Source of the DNA: Macrostomum lignano
Lineage: Eukaryota
Direction of reading: 5' to 3'
DNA: 64,000 nucleotides
Assembly: GCA_002269645.1 (NCBI GenBank)
Contig: NIVC01002283.1
Location: 42,871-106,870 of the forward strand
In this document: positions 29,179-41,293 of the stretch, one piece after another
Layout of the letters: every line of letters starts with the position of its first letter
Numbering within the stretch: position 1 is the stretch's first letter
The notes under the pieces: generated by a model
Databases searched by the model: none
Told to the model about the DNA's origin: nothing
Seen by the model: the letters and a program-made list of their open reading frames with translations, nothing else
Program-made: the position numbers and the translations under genes

Positions 29179-29620
29179 CAGTTATTATTTGTCCAGTGAC
29201 TGGACGAATAGCAATGTGGTTATTTGTCCGGTTACTGGATCCTGACCATGCTTTCTTATTCATCCGGTTAATACCGGACAAATAGACATTTTGTTATTTG
29301 TCCAGTTAAATTGATAATGCTAAAATGTCTAGTTTATAAAAACCATAAGGGTAAATATTCCTAGACTTCAAAGACTTTTTACTTGTGTATTGATTATTAT
29401 ATTGTTATACTTGTGTGTGTCTTATACACTAAAATATGCCGAATTGAATACACTGCTTTGCTTACACTCAAGTAATATAAGAAAATATTAATCAGTATAT
29501 GAGAAAAGGTCTTAGGCTAAAAGTCTAGAATATTTATCACGAAACAAATAAGACATTTGTGTTAGCAATTTAAATATTTAAATTTAAATATTTGTCCGGT
29601 CACCGGACAAATAACAACTG
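29179..29620. mobile_element. MITE of about 440 bp with about 32-bp imperfect TIRs in an AT-rich island
   Basis: CAGTTATTATTTGTCCAGTGACTGGACGAATA versus the reverse complement of TATTTGTCCGGTCACCGGACAAATAACAACTG; internal TTATTTGTCC sub-repeats and a hairpin. No TSD match. Confidence 0.7.
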
Positions 29621-31459
29621 ACTTTAAGTTTTAAACTGTTTTATTTATTACATTATAAGTTTGTTACAAAAAAACCTTCTAAGCAAAAACTAGAGTAAAA
29701 CTAAAGGCTGAGAACTTTTATTAAAATAAAAAATGTACATTATAATTTTTTTCAAGATTATCAACAGAAACAATGTGTTATATTATCTAAGAATAATAAT
29801 TAATTTAGAATAATTTGGAAAGAAAAAAGCCATGAAATGTGTAATATAATAACTAGATAAAGAATCTAAAAGGCCTGATATCTACATGAATATAAGGCTT
29901 TATTTTTTGTTTTTCAATTTGCCCAAAGGGGATGTTGATAAGCAATAGTTAGGGGCTTCAATGCATTAAAAACTGTTTTTTTATTTCAAACACATTGAAA
30001 TAAGCCCTTGAAGAAAATTTTTGTTTTAAGAACTTTGTTTTTAGTCAGTCCTACTCCTAGACCTAGCCTCATTTATGAAGAGGGCCGGGATTGCCTACGC
30101 AGGTCTTAACAGAAAACTCAGAATTTTGACATAGGCCCTAGTGGTTAATTTAACAGAAACGAACGTTCTTACAGTGAAAAGAAAAATTAAAATTTAGGTT
30201 TAGGTCTATTATGATCTCAATCTCAATTTGTTTAACCTTCGTTTAAGCAGGCCAAGGGCAGGGCTTTACGTCAACTTGTCATTAGCATAAAAAGGCTATT
30301 AATGTTGCATACAGTCCGAGTCATGCACAGGCAAACAGTCAGACTTCCTGAGGGTGGAACAAACAAATAATTTTTTTTATATTAAGGTTTTGTTTCATTT
30401 AAATATTTTTTCGTTTTAGCGTTAGATTTGAACAATTTTTTAAGCAGTAAAATAAACTGCGTAATTTTCACATGTACGCTGCTCAATTTTAAAAGCCGCT
30501 TTGTAAAAATAGTAAGTAAAATTAGACAAAAAAGAAATTTATAAGAATGGAACACATGAGCAACAATAGTATCTTGTTGACGGTTGCATTAAAAACTCGT
30601 AGGTTTGTATAAAACTATAAACAGTACCAGCATACCAGCACATATCAGTTTCTGAGATTTTTGTCAATGTAACTAGAATTTACCTAGAATTAACACTGAA
30701 TTTCGTACCCATTGTATGACGAAATACATGCAATGTAAAAGTCTTCCAGGTTCAGTGTACGAAGTCTCGATGGGTTTTTTAGTTGAAGGATGGGAGCTGC
30801 TGTGTACATAATGTACATTCTGGCGCACCCTTTAAGGCGATATTTTAAAACAACCAGTGAGATGCATTACTGCCTATTCCTCCGACTCCCCCTCAGCGAA
30901 GCACGTACATGCACATGCAATCGCGTGGATTATACGTGTACACGCAGTTAAATTAAAGCTAGGCACACACTCGAGCTCACGTGCACAGGGAGTGTACAGC
31001 GACCCTAACTTTATAGTTGGACATGTACACTTCAAAGTGCCTTTAATTGGGGATGGCCATCAAAGCCGTTGTACGAGCAGACCCAAGCTGAGATTCAAAT
31101 TAGGCCCCAAATTAATAATGGAGTAGCTGCACTTGCAGAAATCGAGTCTCCATATGGCCTATTGGCACACATGTAAGAGCGCCGCGCTGAACCAAAATGT
31201 AAGTAAAGAAATATGCCCAGTTAAACCAACTGAAAATTTGTAGCAACACAAGTCTTTTCAGTACGCTTTGTGGCACATTTATTTTGCAATTTCTCACAAA
31301 TTGTCAAAAGGTTCACGAATGGATGCACATGTACATACAGGATGTAAATGAAACCCGCTGGTAATCTACGAAAGCTGTTTCAACATGTGCTTTTGCAACG
31401 AAGACTTAGAGTTTCTTCATGGCGAGAATGTCATCAAAGTATAGCGTAGCCCACAGTTC

Positions 31460-32583
31460 CTAAAGCTCGTTGTGCTCCCAACGACTGGCCTTCGTCAGCG
31501 TACGAGCTCTTGTCGATGCTAGGAAGTAGCGCGTTTCGACGTCGTTTTCGACGATTCGATCGATTCCGGCTAAGTGCTGCGTAGCCCCCACCAAACCGCC
31601 CATTTCGCTGATAAACTCGGGGGCCACATCGGGTGCGATGGCCAGGGCGACTCGTTTCTTCAGTGCCCAATGCAAAATCGCGGTTCGAATCGGCAGCCTG
31701 GCGTCGGCAGCGGCCAGCACCAGACGGGCATCGGTCAGCAGCTCCTGTGCGTGCGGCCCGCCAAGGGCTTCGTCAGCCAGGAGAACCACCGAGTGCTGGT
31801 GGCACCAACGGCGCAGCACCCGGTGCCGGTGATGCGGGTTGAACGCCGCCTGAACGACAGTCAGGAAGTTGACGTTGCCGGCAGCGCGGCGCATGGAGTA
31901 GGCGGTGTGCATGCTGACCGGACCCTTCCCAGTTCTACGCGGCTTCTGCTTCTTCGTCTGCGTCTGCGTCTTCTTCTGCGTCTTCTTCTTCTGCGTCTTT
32001 TTCTTCTGCATCTTGTTGTTCTTCTTGGCAGCCTTCGCCGTCGGCTTTTCGCCTTTCCGACGAACGAACTGAAGCAGCGCGCGACAGCCCGACCGGCCGG
32101 GGAAGTCGAGGCACTCCGGAGTGGACATCCGGTGCAGCTGCGCCACCGCCGGCAGCGGGTAGTTGCGGACGCCCAGGTTGAGAATGCGGCGCTTCTTGGC
32201 CAGGCGCAGCAGTGTGCGCCAGTTGCGCAGGAAGGCGGGCGTCAGGCGGTTCTTCCCGCAGGCCAGCCGGTCGCGCTGCGAGTGGCCGCACGGCCGGCCG
32301 GAGACGAGCAGCAGGTCCAAGTAGGCGGTGCCCAGCAGCTGCAGGATGCGGAGGAAGCGCTGGCCGGTGAAGCGCTTGGCGGAGTGGCGCAGGCTGACGC
32401 CGATGAACACGCGCCGGCGGCTCGCCTGGTCGGCAGTTTTGAAAACCTCGGCGAAGTCCCGCAGTAGAGTCTCATCCTCGGCGGGCAGGATGACGGCGCG
32501 AAGCTTTGAAGCCGCTTCAAAAAAGGTCGCTTGATGCTGCGCCTGATGAAACCCGTCTTCGTACTGCAGCATCACGGCAGGGA
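31460..32583 (-). CDS. Aldo-keto reductase-like protein (large 3' exon), catalytic residues apparently lost, Lys/Gln-rich insertion
   Basis: AKR-like segments YLDLLLVSGRP, W..L..L...RRILNLGVRNY, VVQAAFNP...LRRWCHQHSV...ALG, LLTD..L..., AILHWALKKRV. CCCGCAG acceptor just upstream (plus-strand 32584-32590). 5' exons uncertain. Confidence 0.7.
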
Positions 32584-32594
32584 CTGCGGGATTA

Positions 32595-32795
32595 GCGGCA
32601 TGTCGGAGAGGGGATAAAGAGGATTGTGGGGAAGCGGCATGTCGGAGAGGGAATCCAGAGGATTGTGGGGAAGCGGCATGTCGGAGAGGGGATCCAGAGG
32701 ATTGTGGGGAAGCGGCATGTCGGAGAGGGGATCCAGAGGATTGTGGGGAAGCAGCATGTCGGAGAGGGGATCCAGAGGATTGTGGGGAAGGGGCA
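32595..32795. repeat. 39-bp minisatellite in the putative intron upstream of the AKR-like exon
   Basis: GCGGCATGTCGGAGAGGGGATCCAGAGGATTGTGGGGAA, about 5 copies. Confidence 0.9.
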
Positions 32796-33036
32796 TGTTG
32801 AAGAGGCGATCCTGATGACTGGGATTCAGTCCAATTCTGATTTTCACGAGCGGAGCACCTCCAAGTTTAAATCTCGAGACCTCTGATTGAAAGCAATCCG
32901 ACACTGAGCAAACGTCCCTAATCTGATAAAAGTCCTGTCCCAGCTGGACCCTGTTGCTCTGCTGTGAATCTGATTCAGGCAGTGTACGAGCAACGGTAAT
33001 TGCTTGCTTCTCAGTCTGGCTTTGCGTTTAGACTGA

Positions 33037-33237
33037 CTGCTCATCCCTGACTGCTCATCCCTGACTGCTCATCCCTGACTGCTCATCCCTGACTGCTCAT
33101 CCCTGACTGCTCATCCCTGACTGCTCATCCCTGACTGCTCATCCCTGACTGCTCATCCCTGACTGCTCATCCCTGACTGCTCATCCCTGACTGCTCATCC
33201 CTGACTGCTCATCCCTGACTGCTCATCCCTGACTGCT
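33037..33237. repeat. 14-bp minisatellite (CTGCTCATCCCTGA)
   Basis: About 14 tandem units. Confidence 0.93.
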
Positions 33238-33252
33238 CCGTCCCAAACTCAC

Positions 33253-33418
33253 CCACTCTGTTCCTCCTGACGCAGAACGCGTGGTCACTTAAAAAGCGGC
33301 TCCCCGTGCCGGCCTCCTCGCCCCTGTAGATGGCCGCCAGCAGGGCGTCGCCGGGACCCGCCAGAGCCGCCAGCAGGCCGCTGAGCAGCAGCAGAGGCCG
33401 GGCACCGAGCTGACTCAT
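33253..33418 (-). CDS. Signal-peptide-encoding exon, possibly the first coding exon of the AKR-like gene
   Basis: MSQLGARPLLLLSGLLAALAGPGDA... followed by a G|GTGAGT donor at 33252 that leads into a minisatellite. Confidence 0.5.
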
Positions 33419-33736
33419 TCTATTGCTCGCGAAGGACTGAGCAAGTGGAGAATTTCGGAGATGCTTCGAAAGAGCCGGACTCTCATTGAAAGCCTCTCTA
33501 TTGGGGTGGGCGCGTGGCGATTCCATTGTGCTGCGTGCGTGCAAGACGGCCGCCATGGACAATGGGAGCTGCGCTGCGCCGACTGGTGGGTAGACAATAC
33601 GGGCTGCGGCCTGCCTGCCTGGCCCGCATTGGCCATACATTCAGCCTCTGAAGATTCGCACCAGTTGCCATTGTGTATACCAGCGTACATGTACACAGTA
33701 ATGATGTGCTTGACAGCACGCTTTTGTGTTTGTGTT

Positions 33737-34286
<550 letters not shown>

Positions 34287-34559
34287 ACAGCCAGCTCAAG
34301 CCAGTCTCTGGTGTCTCATCGAGGCAGAAAGCAGCAGCGCGAGTGCGTGGGTTGCTGGGTTGACTTTGACGAGTAGGCAGTTGAGATTCCTCCCTATAGA
34401 AACGCGACAGAGGGCTAATTGAATCTGAAAGCAATGCTGAAAGGTGACCCCGTCTTGTAACACCTGCTTAAGTTTATTAATCTTATAGTTCTGATGAATA
34501 CAATGAGACTTCTGTTGTTTCTGCAGCACACGAGATTCAGACTTTTAAAATTAAAAAAC

Positions 34560-34905
34560 CCCACTCTGAGATGAGGAATCCCCACTCAGAGCTGAACAAT
34601 CCCCACTCAGAGCTGAACAATCCCCACTCAGAGCTGAAAAATCCTCACCTAGAGCTTAGGAATCATCACTCAGAGCTGAACAATTCCCACTCAGAGCTGA
34701 ACAATCCTTACTCAGAGCTGAACAATCCCCAATCATAGCTGAACAGTCCCTACTCAGAGCTGAGGCATCCCCACTCAGAGCTGAACAGTCCCCACTCAGA
34801 ACTGAACAGTCCCCACTCAGAACTGAACAGTCCCCACTCAGAGCTGAGGAATCCCCACTCAGACCTGAACAATCCTCACTCAGAACTAAATAATCCCACT
34901 CAGTG
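34560..34905. repeat. Degenerate 21-bp minisatellite (CCCCACTCAGAGCTGAACAAT)
   Basis: Tandem units read directly. Confidence 0.88.
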
Positions 34906-35161
34906 AAATTTCAAATGCTCCGAGAATTAGTTGGGGTCCGGCATCCGCAGGTGAAAGCATTTTTCCGTCAGCAAAGCTGGGGACATAAAGCAAAAGTGCA
35001 GGTTCCATAACGTTGCTACACCGGAACAGGGGGTGGTGCAGTCCGCTGGATCCATTGAAAATGCTAAAAGCCTCTCTGGCCAATAATTGCCAGGCCGCCC
35101 AATTGACCGGCAGTAATTTATTGTTTGCGGGCTGGTATTCCTGCCGCGGAGATCGGACGCG

Positions 35162-35304
35162 GTCACGTGATTGGCTGAGCCGCTGCGGCCAGTGGCTGAG
35201 GCGGCAGGATTTGGTCTGGGCGATGCCTGGGACTGAATATTCGGCTGCCCCGGTTCGAGGCAGAAAACTGAGACCGCATCTTGGAGTTGTGCGCGACAAG
35301 CAAG
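35162..35304 (+). promoter_or_regulatory. Putative promoter (E-box fused to an inverted CCAAT box) and non-coding first exon
   Basis: GTCACGTGATTGG at 35162-35174 in a repeat-free GC-rich island between divergent genes; strong donor AAG|GTAAGC at 35304/35305. Confidence 0.35.
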
Positions 35305-35383
35305 GTAAGCGGCTTGCTGGGTTTGAGTCTTGTCACTCAGATTTTGGTCTTGTCACTCAGATTTTTATGGGTGTATTATTGGG

Positions 35384-36595
35384 TGCAGAAATAGAATGGA
35401 TTGCTAATCTAGCCTATCATGGGTGCAGGAATAGAATGGATTGCTAATCTAGCCTATCATGGGTTCAGGAATAGAATGGATTGCTAATCTAGCCTATCAT
35501 GGATGCAGGAATAGAATGGATTGCTAATCTAGCCTATCATGGGTGCAGGAATAGAATGGATTGCTAATCTAGCCTATCATGGGTGCAGGAATAGAATGGA
35601 TTGCTAATCTAGCCTATCATGGGTGCAGGAATAGAATGAATTGCTAATCTAGCCTATCATGGATGCAGGAATAGAATGGATTGCTAATCTAGCCTATCAT
35701 GGGTGCAGGAATAGAATTGATTGCTAATCTAGCCTATCATGAATGCAGGAATAGAATGGATTGCTAATCTAGCCTATCATGGGTTCAGGAATAGAATGGA
35801 TTGCTAATCTAGCCTATCATGGATGCAGGAATAGAATGGATTGCTAATCTAGCCTATCATGGGTGCAGGAATAGAATGGATTGCTAATCTAGCCTATCAT
35901 GGATGCAGGAATAGAATGGATTGCTAATCTAGCCTATCATGGGTGCAGGAATAGAATGGATTGCTAATCTAGCCTATCATGAATGCAGGAATAGAATGGA
36001 TTGCTAATCTAGCCTATCATGGGTTCAGGAATAGAATGGATTGCTAATCTAGCCTATCATGGATGCAGGAATAGAATGGATTGCTAATCTAGCCTATCAT
36101 GGGTGCAGGAATAGAATGGATTGCTAATCTAGCCTATCATGGATGCAGGAATAGAATGGATTGCTAATCTAGCCTATCATGGGTGCAGGAATAGAATGGA
36201 TTGCTAATCTAGCCTATCATGAATGCAGGAATAGAATGGATTGCTAATCTAGCCTATCATGGGTGCAGGAATAGAATGGATTGCTAATCTAGCCTATCAT
36301 GAATGCAGGAATAGAATGGATTGCTAATCTAGCCTATCATGGGTGCAGGAATAGAATGGATTGCTAATCTAGCCTATCATGGGTGCAGGAATAGAATGGA
36401 TTGCTAATCTAGCCTATCATGGGTGCAGGAATAGAATGGATTGCTAATCTAGCCTATCATGGGTGCAGGAATAGAATGGATTGCTAATCTAGCCTATCAT
36501 GGGTGCAGGAATAGAATGGATTGCTAATCTAGCCTATCATGGGTGCAGGAATAGAATGGATTGCTAATCTAGCCTATCATGGATGCAGGAATAGA
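35384..36595. repeat. 40-bp minisatellite (AGGAATAGAATGGATTGCTAATCTAGCCTATCATGGGTGC), about 30 highly homogeneous copies
   Basis: Exact 40-bp periodicity; variation is confined mainly to GGT/GAT/AAT/GTT positions. Confidence 0.97.
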
Positions 36596-37007
36596 GTGGT
36601 CTCAGCTTTAGGCTGTTTCTCAGCAAGACAACACAAGCATTAAAATGACCCCCATTCATATCCGAGGCGTGATGCCAACTGCTAATTAATTATTAATGAG
36701 CCCAGTACCCACTCTGCAGAAGTGCCCTCAACTGAAATTTCTATTTTCGCAGTCTACAGGAAAACTGCAGCAGGAGTTTTGGGGAGCTGCCACTCGCATC
36801 GGAGCGCCGCTACCGATCCCAGCCTCCCAGCTCTGCATCATTGTAATTATTCAGACCACTGGATCACTCCGCTATAGCATGCAGTCTGCTGATGGGAATG
36901 CGCCGAGTTCAAGTGCGATGGCACCGCGGGATGGGCGGGTTCAAATCCGCACTGTGCAGTGGGCTTGTCCATAGTACAACAGAATGCATACTGCTATGCC
37001 GTGCGGG

Positions 37008-38231
37008 GCTGCTGGTTGCTGGGGATAAATCTGCTGGTTGCAGGGGATAAATCTGCTGGTTGCTGGGGATAAATCTGTTGGTTTCTGGGGATAAATCTGC
37101 TGGCTGCTGGGGATAAATCTGCTGGTTGCTGGGGATAAATCTGCTGGTTGCTTGGGATAAATCTGCTGGCTGCTGGGGATAAATCTGCTGGTTGCTGGGG
37201 ATAAATCTGTTGGTTTCTGGGGATAAATCTGCTGGTTGCTGGGGATAAATCTGTTGGTTTCTGGGGATAAATCTGCTGGCTGCTGGGGATAAATCTGCTG
37301 GTTGCTGGGGATAAATCTGTTGGTTTCTGGGGATAAATCTGCTGGTTGCTGGGGATAAATCTGCTGGTTGCTGGGGATAAATCTGCTGGTTGCTTGGGAT
37401 AAATCTGCTGGCTGCTGGGAATAAATCTGTTGGTTGCTGGGGATAAATCTGCTGGCTGCTGGGGATAAATCTGCTGGTTGCTGGGGATAAATCTGCTGGC
37501 TGCTGGGGATAAATCTGCTGGTTGCTTGGGATAAATCTGCTGAGCTGCTGGGGATAAATCTGCTGAGCTGCTGGGGATAAATCTGCTGGTTGCTGGGGAT
37601 AAATCTGTTGGTTGCTGGGGATAAATCTGTTGGTTTCTGGGGATAAATCTGCTGGTTGCAGGGGATAAATCTGCTGGCTGCTAGGGATAAATCTGCTGGT
37701 TGCTGGGGATAAATCTGCTGGCTGCTGGGGATAAATCTGCTGGTTGCTTGGGATAAATCTGCTGAGCTGCTGGGGATAAATCTGCTGAGCTGCTGGGGAT
37801 AAATCTGCTGGTTTCTGGGGATAAATCTGCTGGTTGCTGGGGATAAATCTGTTGGTTGCTGGGATAAATCTGCTGGTTGCTGGGGATAAATCTGTTGGTT
37901 GCTGGGATAAATCTGCTGGTTGCTGGGGATAAATCTGTTGGTTGCTGGGATAAATCTGCTGGTTGCTGGGGTAAATCTGTTGGTTGCTGGGATAAATCTG
38001 CTGGTTGCTGGGGTAAATCTGTTGGTTGCTGGGGATAAATCTGCTGGTTGCTGGGGATAAATCTGCTGGTTGCTTGGGATAAATCTGCTGAGCTGCTGGG
38101 GATAAATCTGCTGGTTGCTGGGGTTAAATCTGCTGGTTGCTGGGGATAAATCTGCTAGTTGCTGGGATAAATCTGTTGGTTGCTGGGATAAATCTGCTGA
38201 GCTGCTGGGGATAAATCTGCTGGCTGCTGGG
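37008..38231. repeat. 22-bp minisatellite (TGCTGGGGATAAATCTGCTGGT), about 55 copies
   Basis: Tandem units read directly. Confidence 0.96.
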
Positions 38232-38300
38232 CATTAAATAAATAACCAGAACCATAACTTACTCATCCGCATGCCCAGCTATCAGACGTCGTGAGAGACA

Positions 38301-40488
38301 ATGTCGTCCTGCTGTTGCCCCGAGTGCCGCGCCCTGGACGTCTCTCGGTCCTTCCCGATCGAGGCAGACGCGGCCGTCTCAGCGGCAGACGCCGAGGCCG
38401 CCGCCACCGCCTGCTGCCAGTGGTCGCCAAACCGCGTCGCCAAGCCGCTGCAACGGTTCCCATCAACGCCGATTGGAGCGTCGGCCACCTCGACGACTTT
38501 TGGCGACTCCGCACACCGCTGGCGGCGGCAGCTGAGCGGCGACAGCGGCGGCGGTGGCGGCAGCGGCGGCGGAAACTGCAGCAACTCGTACCACGGCACC
38601 CTGCGGCTCCACGACCAGGAGCGCTGCTCTGTGAGGCTCCCACTTGAGGCAGCCTTCTGCTCAACTTGCTCTCCTCTCCTCTCCTCTCCTCTCCTCTCCT
38701 CTCCTCTCCTCTCCTCTCCTCTCCTCTCCTCTCCTCTCCTCTCCTCTCCTCTCCTCTCCTCTCCTCTCCTCTCCTCTCCTCTCCTCTCCTCTCCTCTCCT
38801 CTCCTCTCCTCTCCTCTCCTCTCCTCTCCTCTCCTCTCTACTCTCCTCTCCTCTCCTCTCCTCTCCTCTCCTCTCCTCTCCTCTCCTCTCCTCTCCTCCT
38901 CTCTCCTCTCCTCTCCTCTCCTCTCCTCTCCTCTCCTCTCCTCTCCTCTCCTCTCCTCTCCTCTCCTCTCCTCTCCTCTCCTCTCCTCTCCTCTCCTCTC
39001 CTCTCCCCTCCTCTCCTCTCCTCTCCTCTCTCTCTCCTCTCCTCTCCTCTCCTCTCCTCTCCTCTCTCCTCTCATCTCCTCTCATCTCCTCTCTCCCTTG
39101 ATCTCCTCTTATCTCCTCTCCTCTCATTCTCTTTTCGCACCAGTTGAACAGCTGAAGCACCGTTTCCTTTCCTGCAGACTCCTCTGGTTCTGCACAACCC
39201 GGACGCAGCCGTCACCGCCGTTGGAGCCACCGCCTCTCCAGCGGCGCAGGCGGGCCGCCAGCCACAGGTTCAACGCCAGTTCAGCCGGAGTGGCGTCGCT
39301 GAGACCGACGGCGCTAACTTTGAGGAGCGGCGAGATCCTCGTCGGACGGCGACACCCGCCACCTGCCTGCCGCTTCTGGGCCTCAGCGTCGGCCTCTGCT
39401 GCGTCGCCGGCTCGCTGCTCGCCGTCGGCGCCGTCCTGCTGGGGCTGCACCTCGCCGCCAGCGCCGGGCCCGCTGCCGCCCCCGGCGCTCGGCCCACCTC
39501 GATGGCCTCCGCCGCTGCCACCGCCGCTGATGCTTCGCCGCCGCTGATCCCAGCCGCCGCCGACTCCGAGGTCGCCTTCGCAGCGGAGCGGCGCCGCCTC
39601 CTCAAACGTCTGCGCGCCGTTGCCAACGTCAGCGCCGACCCCTGCCGCGACTTCCGCGCCTTCGCCTGCGGCCGGCTGGGCAACCGCAGCCTGGCGGCGA
39701 TCGCCGCTGAGCAAGAAGTCGAGGACTTCGGCAGGCCGCACCAGTCATCGGCAGCCCTGCTGAACCTGGTGCTGCGGGCCCGCCTGTCCGGAGTCTTTGA
39801 AGCCGTGTCCGGCCGGCTGGCGGCGGCGGTGCACGCGGCCGCGCCGCGCCTGAGCGGCCACACGCGACTGGCCATGCTGGCCCGCCTGGCCGGCCTCGGC
39901 CTCCGTCTGGACCCGCCAGCCGGTGCGCCTGTGGCCGGCGAAATTCGTTTCCGCTCGGCCGACGCCTCTGTGCTGGTGCCGCCGGTGGTCATGCGGCCAC
40001 CGCTGCTGCACGCGGGATACCCGGCCGAGGCGCTGCTGTCGTTCGCCGGGGCGCGCCTCGCCGAGTCCCTGTTCGCCGGGGCTGTGGCGCCGACGTCCAA
40101 CTTGGACGGCGTGTACTCCACCAAGAGCGCGCAGGCGGCAGGGGAGGCCTACCGCTGCTTTGCCGGTCTTCTGCCGCCCGCCAGTCCGGCCAGGTTGGTC
40201 GGCACTCTCGTTGCCCGACGCGTCGGCCTGCTAGCTGCCCTGGCAGTGCTGGGTGCCGATGTCGCATCGACGCCGGCGTCAGACGGCGGCGCCTCCGTGG
40301 AGATGCGGCTGCGACTGTTCTTCGTCAACTGGGCGCAGTCGCTGTGCTCGCCAGACGGCGAAGGCGCGGACGATGGCGCGCCGGTGCTGCAGGCGGCGCT
40401 GGCCGGCCTGATCGAGTTCCGCCGCGCCTTCGACTGCCCGGACTGGATCGGCGGAAGGGAGGCTTCAGCGATGTGCCGGTTTCCATAG
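38301..40488 (+). CDS. Neprilysin/peptidase M13-like type II membrane protein, miniaturised and lacking HExxH, about 546 aa, 2 coding exons
   Basis: Exons 38301-38630 and 39178-40488 join in phase 0. TM LLGLSVGLCCVAGSLLAVGAVLLGL; M13 hallmarks NVSADPCRDFRAFACG, VLVPPVVMRPPLL, LFFVNWAQSLC, LIEFRRAFDCP...MC. Confidence 0.78.
38670..39125. repeat. (CTCCT)n microsatellite filling the intron of the M13-like gene
   Basis: Read directly. Confidence 0.97.
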
Positions 40489-41293
40489 CAACCGGGTCAT
40501 CTGCTTGCATAGTAGTTCTCTAGAAACTTTTTACATGTATTCATGTAAAGACATGTATTCAATTGTTGTCCCAGCGGACAATAAATTTAAAGGAAGTTCT
40601 GAATGAGCAAAAGCCACGGTAGGAGCAACCATCGCATTTCGTTGAGTTTGCGTCCTCGAAGAGTAGTGGTTTTACTGTCCACGGATTTTTAATGCCAGTT
40701 ATGTACATTAGGCAAACCCTGGCACAACATTTTTTTTCAATACATGCAATTAGCTTAATTTGACTTGAGGCAGCAAACATGGAAGAAGAAGAGAAGTATC
40801 AAACCCAATTGTTTAGATCGAGTTGGGGTTGAGCATGACAAATCTAAAATGAAAAGTAAGCATTGAAAGTGCACGATTGAAGCTCAGATATTTGGAACAG
40901 TGAACTCTTCAGCAATGTGAATGAAAACCATCCAGGCAGTGCAGGCACATAGAAGAACAGACAACTTACGTAAAATAATAGAGAATTTTGATATTTTTCG
41001 ACTGACATAGAATACTTACTTAAATTTATGAAAAACAATTCGTTGTCACCTTGGTATTGAAGGAATCTAAATAATAAAAAGAATCTAAAAAACTGGCATT
41101 TTAATGAGATTGGAAAAGCCGGTTTTCTCCGGGTTTTTTAACGATGCAAAGCACAATTTTGGGTCGTTAATTGGGAGAGCGCGATTACAAACTTGTAAAA
41201 ACAAACCCACTAATTTTTCACAATTCTAACTTGTCAACAGAGCAGCGGCTGCTAAGTTTCAAAGTAAACGAGTTAGTTGTCAATTTCAGCACC

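Noticed and set aside
30470-31400. Enrichment of ACATGT/GTAC motifs
   Set aside because: No periodicity or boundaries; similar motifs are scattered elsewhere (6864, 55170).
35384-36595. Regular 37-77 bp repeats (also 4541, 19031, 25993, 44106) resembling CRISPR arrays
   Set aside because: Units are head-to-tail with no unique spacers, there are no cas genes, and the context is eukaryotic.
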